A DNA stretch of 24,110 nt, taken from Gemmataceae bacterium. GTDB lineage: Bacteria; Planctomycetota; Planctomycetia; Gemmatales; Gemmataceae. The stretch lies in assembly GCA_035494815.1 (NCBI GenBank), contig DATJGQ010000408.1:1-24110 (forward strand), given 5' to 3'. The notes beneath the pieces were generated by a model. That model worked only from the letters and a program-made list of their open reading frames with translations, searched no databases and was not told where the DNA came from. Below, one piece after another: positions 1 to 7,820 of this stretch (its first letter is position 1; each line of letters starts with the position of its first letter). Position numbers and translations under genes: made by a program.

Positions 1-574
1 GCCCACTGCCCACTGCTCCCCACGGTCGCACGAGCATCTGCACGTCGGCCCAGGTCGCCTGCCCGAGCACGCGCGCCGGCCGCAACAGCACGCCGACTGC
101 CCCGCCGCATTCGGCCGCCAACCGCAACCGGCGGAAGTCGTGCGGCCGCAGTCGCTCCCGCCAGAGCCACACGGCCCCTGCCGCCCGACTCCGCAGCGCC
201 TGATCGGCCGCCCACAGTTCGTCGGCGTCCGTTTCCGGATGGACCACGATCAACCGCTCCGCGTCAATCCCCGCGGCCACTACGGCAGGCGGGTAGATCT
301 CCTTCTGCCGATCCAGGAGCACGACCACGCCGTGATCGCGGCATGCCTCGCGAGTCAAAAGCAGCGCCAGCGATTCCGCCCCGCTGCCCGGCTGTTCGCT
401 CAGCCATTCCGTCAGCGACCCGCGGCGGACGCCCTCGAAAGGCAACACGCGATCGAGCGCCGCACAGCCGGTGCTGACGACCGACTGCTCGCCGCGATCC
501 GCCGGCCGTTCGAGCGACGCGATCCGCTCCCGCAGCCGCTCCAGAAGTTCGGAGGTCGTAGACTGAATCCACAT
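1..574 (-). CDS. imuA: ImuA / SulA-RecA-like translesion-synthesis accessory protein (3' end runs off the window)
   Basis: Not in the ORF track. Manual translation from ATG at 574 is open to position 1: MWIQSTTSELLERLRERIASLE...VSTGCAALDRVLPFEGVRRGSLTEWLSEQPGSG...AAGIDAERLIVV...ELWAADQALRS...DFRRLRLAAECGGAVGVLLRP. This matches the ImuA pattern STG..ALD..L..G...G.LTE, W.A.QALRS and RRL.LAAE.G. Confidence 0.88.
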   Translation of the reverse strand, partial: MWIQSTTSELLERLRERIASLERPADRGEQSVVSTGCAALDRVLPFEGVRRGSLTEWLSEQPGSGAESLALLLTREACRDHGVVVLLDRQKEIYPPAVVAAGIDAERLIVVHPETDADELWAADQALRSRAAGAVWLWRERLRPHDFRRLRLAAECGGAVGVLLRPARVLGQATWADVQMLVRPWGAVGSG

Positions 575-612
575 AGCCGCGGGCGAAAGCCAGGAATAAG
601 AATCGGCCGATA

Positions 613-641
613 AATGTACATCTGTATACTAAATGCGTCAA
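613..641 (-). promoter_or_regulatory. sigma70-type promoter of imuA with an overlapping near-palindromic operator (615-628)
   Basis: The minus strand reads TTGACG (641-636), a 17-nt spacer, then TACATT (618-613), with the imuA ATG 39 nt downstream. TGTAC-ATCT-GTATA (615-628) overlaps the spacer and -10. Confidence 0.65.
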
Positions 642-717
642 GTTATCTTGGGACAGGGTTTTGGAGCTGGAAATTGGGAGAATAACCGGCGCCAGCTGAC
701 GGCAAATCCGAAGCGGT

Positions 718-746
718 TTGCAGCACCAGTCGAACCGATGTAAAGT
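718..746 (+). promoter_or_regulatory. putative sigma70 promoter for the small two-gene cassette
   Basis: TTGCAG (718-723), 17 nt, TAAAGT (741-746), 30 nt before the ATG at 777. Confidence 0.45.
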
Positions 747-776
747 AGGCACCGGCCGAACGGAGCCAACCGGACA

Positions 777-986
777 ATGCTGACAATACGCCTTCCAAAA
801 GCCGAGTGGGCCAAAGCTTGGCGCGCCATGATCGACATCGCGCCGGTCCGACTAATCGCTGACGATCCCCTCTACGAGGTCCTACCAGCCCACCTGGAAG
901 TTCTGACTGCAGCCGGCTTCACCTACGAGGTCGTGCCTTCGCGACCGCGACCGCGGGAGAAGCGGCGCCATGGCACGGCCGATTAG
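777..986 (+). CDS. small hypothetical protein (69 aa), first gene of an overlapping pair
   Basis: Globular-looking composition with alternating strand/helix pattern (MLTIRL / KAEWAKAWRAMIDI / PVRLI / LYEVL / AHLEVLTAAG / FTYEVV). A promoter lies upstream and the ORF overlaps the next gene by 17 nt. Confidence 0.7.
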   Translation: MLTIRLPKAEWAKAWRAMIDIAPVRLIADDPLYEVLPAHLEVLTAAGFTYEVVPSRPRPREKRRHGTAD

Positions 987-1305
987 AAGCGTCGAAATCT
1001 ACTTACCACTGGATTACAACGACGGCCGGCCCATCCCGGAATCCAAATACATCTCACTCCAGCAGGAACTCCTCAACCGCTTCGGAGGCGTAACTTCCAC
1101 CCAGCGACAGTTTCCCCTGCAAGGCCTCTGGCAATCCGGCACGCACACCTACCATGACCGCGTCGTCGTGTTCAGCGTGCTGGATTTCAGAGATGTTACC
1201 CAATTAGAAAGCCTGCGCTATCTCGAAAGGTTACAACGCCGCCTCAAGAAAAAGTTCGACCAACTCGAGATCCTCATCACCGTCGCGGAACTGTTGGCAA
1301 TATGA
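970..1305 (+). CDS. hypothetical protein (111 aa), DUF3574-like / ferredoxin-like fold suspected
   Basis: The pattern EIYLPLDYNDG.PI...ELLNRFGGVT...GLW...D.VVVF...LKKKFDQLEILI resembles the DUF3574-type pattern (E.Y...G..I...RF..G.T..G.W...K..F.Q). No signal peptide. Confidence 0.8.
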   Translation: MARPIRSVEIYLPLDYNDGRPIPESKYISLQQELLNRFGGVTSTQRQFPLQGLWQSGTHTYHDRVVVFSVLDFRDVTQLESLRYLERLQRRLKKKFDQLEILITVAELLAI

Positions 1306-1328
1306 CTAAGTACATCGGGGGACGGCCG

Positions 1329-2273
1329 ATGCCATCAAACCGAAAGCCTGCTTTCCTCGCGCCATTTCTTCTCGGGGCGCTCGCCGCGACAGCGACGCTA
1401 TTTCTCTTCCAGCGAGCATCTCTCAGCCCCGCGCAGCCGGCCGAGGCTGCCAACCCGTTGCTCGACGTCAATAAAGCCTTCCGCGCCGCCTACGCCGCCG
1501 CCCGCAAAGACCTGCTCGCCGGCACCGGGCCGGTCATCCTCGTGTCGGGCGACGAACTCGTCCTGCTCCGCGCCGGAAAACGGACCGAGGCGACAGTCGT
1601 CCCCGCGATCTATCACACACTCAAGACAATCTCGCACATCCCGCTGGCGATCTATGCGATGACGGCGCCGGTCGTGGACGCGCCGCTCGACGACGTTAAG
1701 CGAGCCGGCCTGCAACAATACCGGCAAAAGCTACCCGCGGTCGCGAAGTGCCTGACGGAGTACGGACTGACCGAAACCACATTGCAGCGCCAGCAAAAGC
1801 TCATCGCCGCGGCCGGCGCGTTCCTCGACGCCGCGATCGAAAAAGCCAAGATCACCAAGGAGGAACGTCTCGCCTACGTCCGCCTGCAGACGCCACTCAT
1901 CCTGGAGAACCTCAAAGAGACGGCGCGGGCGCAATTGGACGGATTGAATCGACAGGTGCAGACCTGGAAAGCCGAGATGACGCCCGCCGAGTGGCAGTCA
2001 CTGCGAGTGGTGATCGAGGGCTCCGCGATGCCGCGAAAAGGCAACCTCGCGGTACAGTACTTCTCGCGGCTGCTCGCCGAACCGGGCGAAGGGCTGCGAA
2101 TCGTCTACGCCGAATCGCTCTTCGACGAGACCCGCGCCCTCAACCTCCTCGGGACCAATCTGCTCGACTCGGAAATCGCCACCGCGTTTTTCGCCGATCC
2201 CATGCGGATGCACCGCGACCTACTCGCCGACGCCGCGGCCGAATGCCTTAACGAAATGAAACTCGGGCCGTAG
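1329..2273 (+). CDS. exported or membrane-anchored hypothetical protein, mostly helical (alternative start 1302)
   Basis: 323-aa ORF from 1302 with typical GC3 bias. From ATG 1329 (GGGGGA upstream) there is a basic n-region and a hydrophobic stretch (FLAPFLLGALAATATLFLF). No family recognised. Confidence 0.8.
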   Translation: MPSNRKPAFLAPFLLGALAATATLFLFQRASLSPAQPAEAANPLLDVNKAFRAAYAAARKDLLAGTGPVILVSGDELVLLRAGKRTEATVVPAIYHTLKTISHIPLAIYAMTAPVVDAPLDDVKRAGLQQYRQKLPAVAKCLTEYGLTETTLQRQQKLIAAAGAFLDAAIEKAKITKEERLAYVRLQTPLILENLKETARAQLDGLNRQVQTWKAEMTPAEWQSLRVVIEGSAMPRKGNLAVQYFSRLLAEPGEGLRIVYAESLFDETRALNLLGTNLLDSEIATAFFADPMRMHRDLLADAAAECLNEMKLGP

Positions 2274-2319
2274 GTCAGGCTGTACCTGACGTTTGAGAGT
2301 CAGGCACAGCCTAACCCAC
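2270..2319. repeat. inverted doublet of 21-bp GTAG-type REP-like palindromes (REPIN-like)
   Basis: Copy 1 (2270-2290, +) is GTAG-GTCAGG-CTGTA-CCTGAC. After an 8-nt spacer, copy 2 (2299-2319, -) is GTGG-GTTAGG-CTGTG-CCTGAC. The copies are 18/21 identical and lie between convergent genes. Confidence 0.75.
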
Positions 2320-2331
2320 ACCGGCGACAAA

Positions 2332-5300
2332 TTAGCGATCCGACTTCGCCTTCTCCTTGTCCTTCGACGACCGCACCGGCGGGACGAACACCGTCGGCAC
2401 GTCGAGCTTCTTCGCCTCATCGTTCAGCCGCCGCAGGTCGCCGTCAAGCAGGCCCTTGAACTCCTCGATCAGTTTGCCGAGTTGAGCGGCGAGGTCGGAA
2501 TAGACCTCGCGCATCCCTTGCGTCGGTGTTCCGTCCCCCTCCATGACGCTGGCGTACAGGAATGCGTATTGCGAGTACAACATTGCGCCGCCCTTCGCCG
2601 CGAAGATGTCGTAGGTCACTTTCGCCTTCGGGTTGTGCAGCTTCCCTTCCAACGTGTCGAATTTGCCGGACAACTCCTTGCTCGATTTGACCAACGCATC
2701 GAACTTTTTGTCGTCGCCGAGCAACTCGTTGCGATCGACGAGTTGCTTGCGCACCGCCCGCAGCTGCTGGACCGCTCCGGCCAGCTTGGCGAAGTCGTCA
2801 CGGATCTGCACCGCTAACTGGAACTGCGGCGCGAGATCGTCCTTCACCCGCGGGTCCGGGCGGAGCGTCACCTTCGCCGTCTGCGTCTGTCCGTCCGCGG
2901 TCAGCTTCACCGTGTACTCGCCGGGCGGGACGAGCGGGCCCTCGGTCGGGTTGCCGGTATCGACCTTCGCCTTCGGGATGATCTCGGCCCCTTCGCCCTC
3001 CAGGTCCCAGACGACGCGATGGATCACGCCCGCATCGATCGGAATCTCGCGTTTGGGCGGCTTCAGATCGGTGCGGTCGTCGTCGTCATCGTCGTCGTCA
3101 CCGGCATCGTCGTCCTTCTCCTTCTTCTTCTCGGCCTTACCCTTCATGCTGACAACGACTTTGCCTTGTGCGTCGAGTACCTCGAGCAGCACGTCCTTCG
3201 CCGGCTTCTTGGCGAAGTAGTAGTGCAGGATCGCCCCGGCGGGCCGGTTCTCGGCGGCGCCGCGGCCGGTGTGCGAGAAACCGCCACTGTATCGCCAACG
3301 GATCGCCGCCGCCGGCGCGAATAGGTGCGCCGGTTTCTCCGTCACCGCCGGCGCCAACTCCCGGATCGGCGTGATATCGTCGAGAATCCACAACGACCGG
3401 CCCATCGTGCCGAGAACGAGGTCATCGTCCTTGAGGATGAGGTCGTGCACAGCAACCGTCGGCAGGTTGAGTCGGAGCGGCTGCCAGTTCGCGCCGTCGT
3501 CGGTCGAGTAACTGACGCCACGTTCCGTGCCGACGAAGAGCAGCCCGGCCTTCTTCGGGTCGGTGCGGACGGCGTGCAGATAGACGTCCTGCGGCAAGCG
3601 GTCGGTCAGACTCTTCCAGGTCTGTCCGAAATCGGTCGTCTTCCAAAGATACGGCTTGTAATCGTCGAGCCGATGCGCCTCCGCCACGACGTAGGCCGTC
3701 CCGGGGTCCGTGTGCGACGGCTCGATGCAGCGGATCGTCGCCCAGTCGGGCAGTCCCATCAAGCCGCTGGTGACGTTCGTCCAAGTCTTGCCGTCGTCCT
3801 TTGACACGTTCACGAGCCCGTCGTCGCTGCCGGCCCAAAGGACTCCCTTCTGCTTCGGCGACTCCGCGAGCGCGAACACGGTACAAAAGATTTCGACGCC
3901 CGTGTTGTCGCCGGTGATCGGGCCGCCGGACCATTGCTGCTTGTTCTTGTCGTTGCGGGTCAAGTCGCCGCTGATCTTTTCCCAACTCTGGCCGCCGTCG
4001 CGGGTCCGAAAGACGATCTGGGCGGCGTGATAGACGACCTTCGGGTCGTGAGGCGACACCAGCACCGGGGCCGTCCACTGGAAGCGGTACCTCAACTCCG
4101 CGGGCGTGATGCCGCTCGGATTCCACGGCCAGGCCGAGACGTTGCGGGACTGGCCGGTGCGGCGATCGTATCGAGTCAGATACCCGCCGTACTCGCCGGC
4201 GAAGATCACGTTCTCGTCGCTCGGGTCGGGCACGGCGAACCCCGTCTCACCGCCGCCGACCGTGAGCCAATCGCCCAGCCGAATCCCGGCCCCCGAGAGG
4301 CTATTGCTCGGCCCACGGGCGGTGCCGATGTCCTGCATATTGCCCATGACGTGGTACGGGACCGCGTTGTCGCAGTTGACATGGTAGAACTGGGCGATCG
4401 GCAAAGGCGGCGCGAACCACGTCCCGCCGCCGTTCGTGGAGACGTCCACCCCGCCGTCGTTGGCGGAGATCATGCGCTTCGGGTTCTTCGGGTCGATCCA
4501 GACGTCATGGTGGTCGCCGTGGTGAATGCCGCGGACCGGCTGGAAGGTCTTCCCGCCGTCGATACTCTTGAGCATCGGCACGTTCGGGCACCATAAGACG
4601 TCGGCGTTCGACGGATCCACTGTGATGGTCGAGTAGTACCAAGCCCTCTGACGGAGGATGCGCTCGTCGTTGACCCGCTTCCACGAGCCGCCGCCGTCGT
4701 CCGAGCGGAACAGTCCGCCGTCCTTCGCCTCGATCAGGGCGTAGACGCGCCGGCTGTCCGACGGCGCGACGGCGACGCCGATCTTGCCCCACGGCCCCTC
4801 CGGAAATCCGGCGTCGTTCGCCTTGAGTTGCTTCCAACTGTCGCCCCCGTCGCGAGAGACGTACAAGCCGCTGCCGGGCCCGCCGGAAGTCATCTCCCAA
4901 GGCCTCCGCCGCGTCTGCCACAGACCGGCAAAAATGATCCGCGGGTTATTCGCATCCATCGCGACGTCGCTGGCACCGGTGTCGGAGTCCTTGCCGAGCA
5001 CCTGCTGCCAGGTCTTTCCGCCGTCGGTCGTGCGGTAGACGCCCCGTTCCTTGTTCGGGCCGAATGGCGAGCCGAGCACCGCCGCGAACGCGACGTCCGC
5101 GTTGGTCGGATGGACGAAAATCGTGCCGATCTGTCCGACGTTCTTCCAGACGTGCTGCCAGGTCCTGCCGGCGTCGGTGGACTTATAGATGCCGTTGCCC
5201 GCGGCGACGTTGCCGCGGATGTTCGCCTCGCCGGAGCCGACGTAAACGACGTTCGGGTCCGACGCCGCGACTGCGATCGAGCCGATGGACGAGACCGGCT

Positions 5301-5556
5301 GGTCGTCAAAGATCGGCGCGAACGTGAGCCCGCCGTCGCCCGACTTCCAGACGCCGCCGGCCGCCGTCGCCGCGTAGTAGGTCAGCGGATCACCGGTCAC
5401 ACCGCAGACACGAGAGACGCGGCCGCCGGCCGCGGGGCCGATCGAGCGGTACTTCAGAGTCTTAAGCGCGGAGGGCGTCTCCCATTTGTCGGGAGGCTGG
5501 GCACTGGCGGAAGCGACGAAACAAACGACGAGGGCGGCGAACGAGATCGTACGCAT
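2332..5556 (-). CDS. secreted VPS10/sortilin-like BNR (Asp-box) repeat beta-propeller protein, putative glycosyl hydrolase
   Basis: 1074 aa with a signal peptide (MRTISFAALVVCFVASASA). Many Asp-box repeats: KSGDGGLTF, KSTDAGRTW, RTTDGGKTW, SRDGGDSW, RSDDGGGSW, KSIDGGKTF, RTRDGGQSW, SKDDGKTW, KTTDFGQTW, STDDGANW. The N-terminal YRSIGPAAGGRV is typical of this family. Helical C-terminal domain. Confidence 0.9.
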   Translation of the reverse strand: MRTISFAALVVCFVASASAQPPDKWETPSALKTLKYRSIGPAAGGRVSRVCGVTGDPLTYYAATAAGGVWKSGDGGLTFAPIFDDQPVSSIGSIAVAASDPNVVYVGSGEANIRGNVAAGNGIYKSTDAGRTWQHVWKNVGQIGTIFVHPTNADVAFAAVLGSPFGPNKERGVYRTTDGGKTWQQVLGKDSDTGASDVAMDANNPRIIFAGLWQTRRRPWEMTSGGPGSGLYVSRDGGDSWKQLKANDAGFPEGPWGKIGVAVAPSDSRRVYALIEAKDGGLFRSDDGGGSWKRVNDERILRQRAWYYSTITVDPSNADVLWCPNVPMLKSIDGGKTFQPVRGIHHGDHHDVWIDPKNPKRMISANDGGVDVSTNGGGTWFAPPLPIAQFYHVNCDNAVPYHVMGNMQDIGTARGPSNSLSGAGIRLGDWLTVGGGETGFAVPDPSDENVIFAGEYGGYLTRYDRRTGQSRNVSAWPWNPSGITPAELRYRFQWTAPVLVSPHDPKVVYHAAQIVFRTRDGGQSWEKISGDLTRNDKNKQQWSGGPITGDNTGVEIFCTVFALAESPKQKGVLWAGSDDGLVNVSKDDGKTWTNVTSGLMGLPDWATIRCIEPSHTDPGTAYVVAEAHRLDDYKPYLWKTTDFGQTWKSLTDRLPQDVYLHAVRTDPKKAGLLFVGTERGVSYSTDDGANWQPLRLNLPTVAVHDLILKDDDLVLGTMGRSLWILDDITPIRELAPAVTEKPAHLFAPAAAIRWRYSGGFSHTGRGAAENRPAGAILHYYFAKKPAKDVLLEVLDAQGKVVVSMKGKAEKKKEKDDDAGDDDDDDDDRTDLKPPKREIPIDAGVIHRVVWDLEGEGAEIIPKAKVDTGNPTEGPLVPPGEYTVKLTADGQTQTAKVTLRPDPRVKDDLAPQFQLAVQIRDDFAKLAGAVQQLRAVRKQLVDRNELLGDDKKFDALVKSSKELSGKFDTLEGKLHNPKAKVTYDIFAAKGGAMLYSQYAFLYASVMEGDGTPTQGMREVYSDLAAQLGKLIEEFKGLLDGDLRRLNDEAKKLDVPTVFVPPVRSSKDKEKAKSDR

Positions 5557-5710
5557 AAGATGGGCTCGTCAGGATGCGGTACAGGTTGCCCATCTTTTCT
5601 AATCGGAACGTGCGGGGAACGCCAGTATGAGGCCCATTTGCGCCTGCGCGTCAGTCGCGGACGATCGTCACAGTGCGAATAATCGTTGGAACACGAACGC
5701 CGCTCGCGGT

Positions 5711-6253
5711 TCAGCTGCTAATGCCGAGGTCGCGAACGGTGAAGAGTGGCCGGAAGTCATACTTCGCCAGCCGCTCACCTGCACCTTGCAATCGATCGAC
5801 GATGCAAACGACCCGCGCGACTGTCGCCCCGCGTTGTTCCACCGCCTCGATCGCTTGCACGACCGACTCGCCCGTCGTGAGCACGTCGTCCACAATCGCG
5901 ACGCGATCGCCGCGATTGACGAGTCCCTCGATCCGCTCCTGGCTGCCGTGCCCTTTGACCTGCTTTCGGACGAAAAAGCCTTCGAGCGTTTGTCCCGCCT
6001 GTCGGTAGCGTAGCACCGCCGCGGTCGCCATCGGGATGGCGCCGATCTCCAGCCCGCCGATCGCGTGGACGCCGAGGTCGCGCGTCGCTTCGTAGAGCAG
6101 CTGACCGACTAGCGCGATCGCCTCGCCGTGGAAGAGTACCTTTTTGCTGTTGATGTAGTACCTGCTCTTCTGGCCCGACGCGAGCGTGAATTCACCGAAC
6201 GCCACCGCCCGCGCGGTAAACAAGTCCAACAGCCGGGAGCGTGCGTCACTCAT
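5711..6253 (-). CDS. pyrE: orotate phosphoribosyltransferase
   Basis: FGEFTLASGQKSRYYINSKK, RKQVKGHG flexible loop, PRPP-binding motif AIVDDVLTTGES. Start placed at the ATG at 6253 (MSDARS). Confidence 0.93.
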   Translation of the reverse strand: MSDARSRLLDLFTARAVAFGEFTLASGQKSRYYINSKKVLFHGEAIALVGQLLYEATRDLGVHAIGGLEIGAIPMATAAVLRYRQAGQTLEGFFVRKQVKGHGSQERIEGLVNRGDRVAIVDDVLTTGESVVQAIEAVEQRGATVARVVCIVDRLQGAGERLAKYDFRPLFTVRDLGISS

Positions 6254-6345
6254 CAAGTGGGTCCTTGCGTCGGGGACGGCGGCGTGGTCGAATGGCACTC
6301 TAACAAACCTGCCGCGAAGACGAAACGGTTCGGAGCGGCCCCGCC

Positions 6346-6708
6346 ATGGCAGACTCGACTCTCCGCGTTTACCCCGACTCGGAAATCGCCGGCAAACTCG
6401 CCGAGCTGGGGCTGACCAAGTGGTACCTCGAAGACGGCTGGCTAAGGCGCAAGTACACCACCGCCGGCTGGCAGACGACTCTCATGGTCGTCAACGTCAT
6501 CGGCTACTATGCCGAGGCCGCCTGGCATCATCCCGATCTGACCGTCACCTGGGGCAAGGTCTGGGTGAGGCTCAAGACGCATTCGGCCGGCGGAATTACC
6601 GACCGGGATTTTGCACTCGCCAAGCGGATCGAACGGGCCGTGCTCTGGAAGCCGCCGGCGGGCGGGCCGCTCGAAGGCAATCCGAATAAGTTCGTCAAAG
6701 GCGACTGA
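6346..6708 (+). CDS. pterin-4-alpha-carbinolamine dehydratase family protein
   Basis: AEAAWHHPDL catalytic His motif, LKTHSAGGITDRDFALAKRIE, and a C-terminal extension WKPPAGGPLEGNP. Confidence 0.9.
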   Translation: MADSTLRVYPDSEIAGKLAELGLTKWYLEDGWLRRKYTTAGWQTTLMVVNVIGYYAEAAWHHPDLTVTWGKVWVRLKTHSAGGITDRDFALAKRIERAVLWKPPAGGPLEGNPNKFVKGD

Positions 6709-6734
6709 TCGCACACCGAACGGGAGACGCAGCA

Positions 6735-7727
6735 ATGCGAAGTGGGTTCTGTCTGGGTCTGGTCGCGCTGATCGGTCTGGCATTTGTCGCCCAGGGAGCT
6801 TCCCCGGCGACCGGCGATTACACCTGGCACGACACGCCGGGCAAATACTTCGAGCTCAAACACGGCGATCGACCCGTCTTGCGATACATGTACGCGGCAT
6901 TTGACGACACGTCACCGGCGACGCGCGAGGCGACTTTCAAGGTTTACCATCACCTCTTCGACCCGTCGGGCTCGCGGCTGGTCACGAACGGGCCGAGCGG
7001 CCTGTATCCGCATCACCGCGGCCTCTTCTTTGGCTTCAACAAGATCAGTTACGGCGACAAAAAGTGCGACATCTGGCACGGCGACAGCGCGCACAAGTTC
7101 AACACGATCGGCGCTTATCAGGAGCATGTCAAAATGCTCGCCCAGCGCGGCGGCTCCGACTCGGGGACCCACACAGCGCTAATCGCGTGGCATGGCCCGG
7201 ATCGCGGCGTCTTCGCGGAGGAAGAACGTACCGTCATCGCCCGCCATACGAACAACGGCGTGCTCGTCGATTGGTCGTCGAAGTTGACAAGCAAAGTGGA
7301 CGTGCCGGTCAAGCTCGACGGCGACCCGCAGCACGCCGGCTTCCACTTCCGCGCCGACAATGAAGTCAACGAGAAATCGAAGAAAGAAACTTACTATGTG
7401 CGGCCCGACGGGCCCGGCAATCGCGGCGAAACTCGCAATTGGGAACCCAAGACCAAGAAAGGACCGGTCAACCTGCCGTGGGATGCGATGAGCTTCGTGC
7501 TCGGCGACAAGCGGTATACGGTCGTGTACCTCGATCACCCGGCGAATCCGAAGGAATCCCGCCACAGCGAACGCGATTATGGCCGCATGGGCTCGTATTT
7601 CGAATCCACGCTGACCAAGGAGAAACCTCTTAAGGTCCGTTATCAAATCTGGTTACAAGAAGGCGAAATGACGGTCGGCCAGGCGGGCGAGCTGAGTCGC
7701 CGATTCACGACTCAGGCCGAACATTAA
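6735..7727 (+). CDS. secreted PmoA-family (DUF6807-like) protein; not a methane monooxygenase
   Basis: Signal peptide; KVYHHLFDPSG, YPHHRGLFFG, HAGFHFRA and DHPANP...RDYG motifs typical of this PVC/Bacteroidota beta-supersandwich family. Confidence 0.8.
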   Translation: MRSGFCLGLVALIGLAFVAQGASPATGDYTWHDTPGKYFELKHGDRPVLRYMYAAFDDTSPATREATFKVYHHLFDPSGSRLVTNGPSGLYPHHRGLFFGFNKISYGDKKCDIWHGDSAHKFNTIGAYQEHVKMLAQRGGSDSGTHTALIAWHGPDRGVFAEEERTVIARHTNNGVLVDWSSKLTSKVDVPVKLDGDPQHAGFHFRADNEVNEKSKKETYYVRPDGPGNRGETRNWEPKTKKGPVNLPWDAMSFVLGDKRYTVVYLDHPANPKESRHSERDYGRMGSYFESTLTKEKPLKVRYQIWLQEGEMTVGQAGELSRRFTTQAEH

Positions 7728-7784
7728 CGACCGTAAATCTTTTGGTCCGAAGAGGTTGTTCGGCGCGAACAAAGTGTCCATCCG

Positions 7785-7820
7785 GCGGGGCGGCCGAAAC
7801 ATCGCTTTCGACCGCCCCGC
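7785..7820 (+). terminator. strong GC hairpin after the PmoA-family gene (possible terminator or stabilising stem)
   Basis: GCGGGGCGG-C-CGAAA / CATCGC loop / TTTCG-A-CCGCCCCGC gives 14 of 15 pairs. The following U-tract is weak (GTCGTTTCGT). Confidence 0.45.

Noticed and set aside
1-16. GCCCACT tandem heptamer at the window start
   Set aside because: Only two copies are visible at the edge and they lie within the imuA frame, so it cannot be evaluated.
140-752. ORFs 140..613(+), 264..752(-), 412..621(-)
   Set aside because: They are shadow frames of imuA, with Arg/Pro-rich composition and no motifs.
6735-7727. Methane oxidation implied by the PmoA family name
   Set aside because: The protein is soluble and secreted, with no pMMO membrane topology and no pmoB/pmoC. 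The family name is a misnomer.
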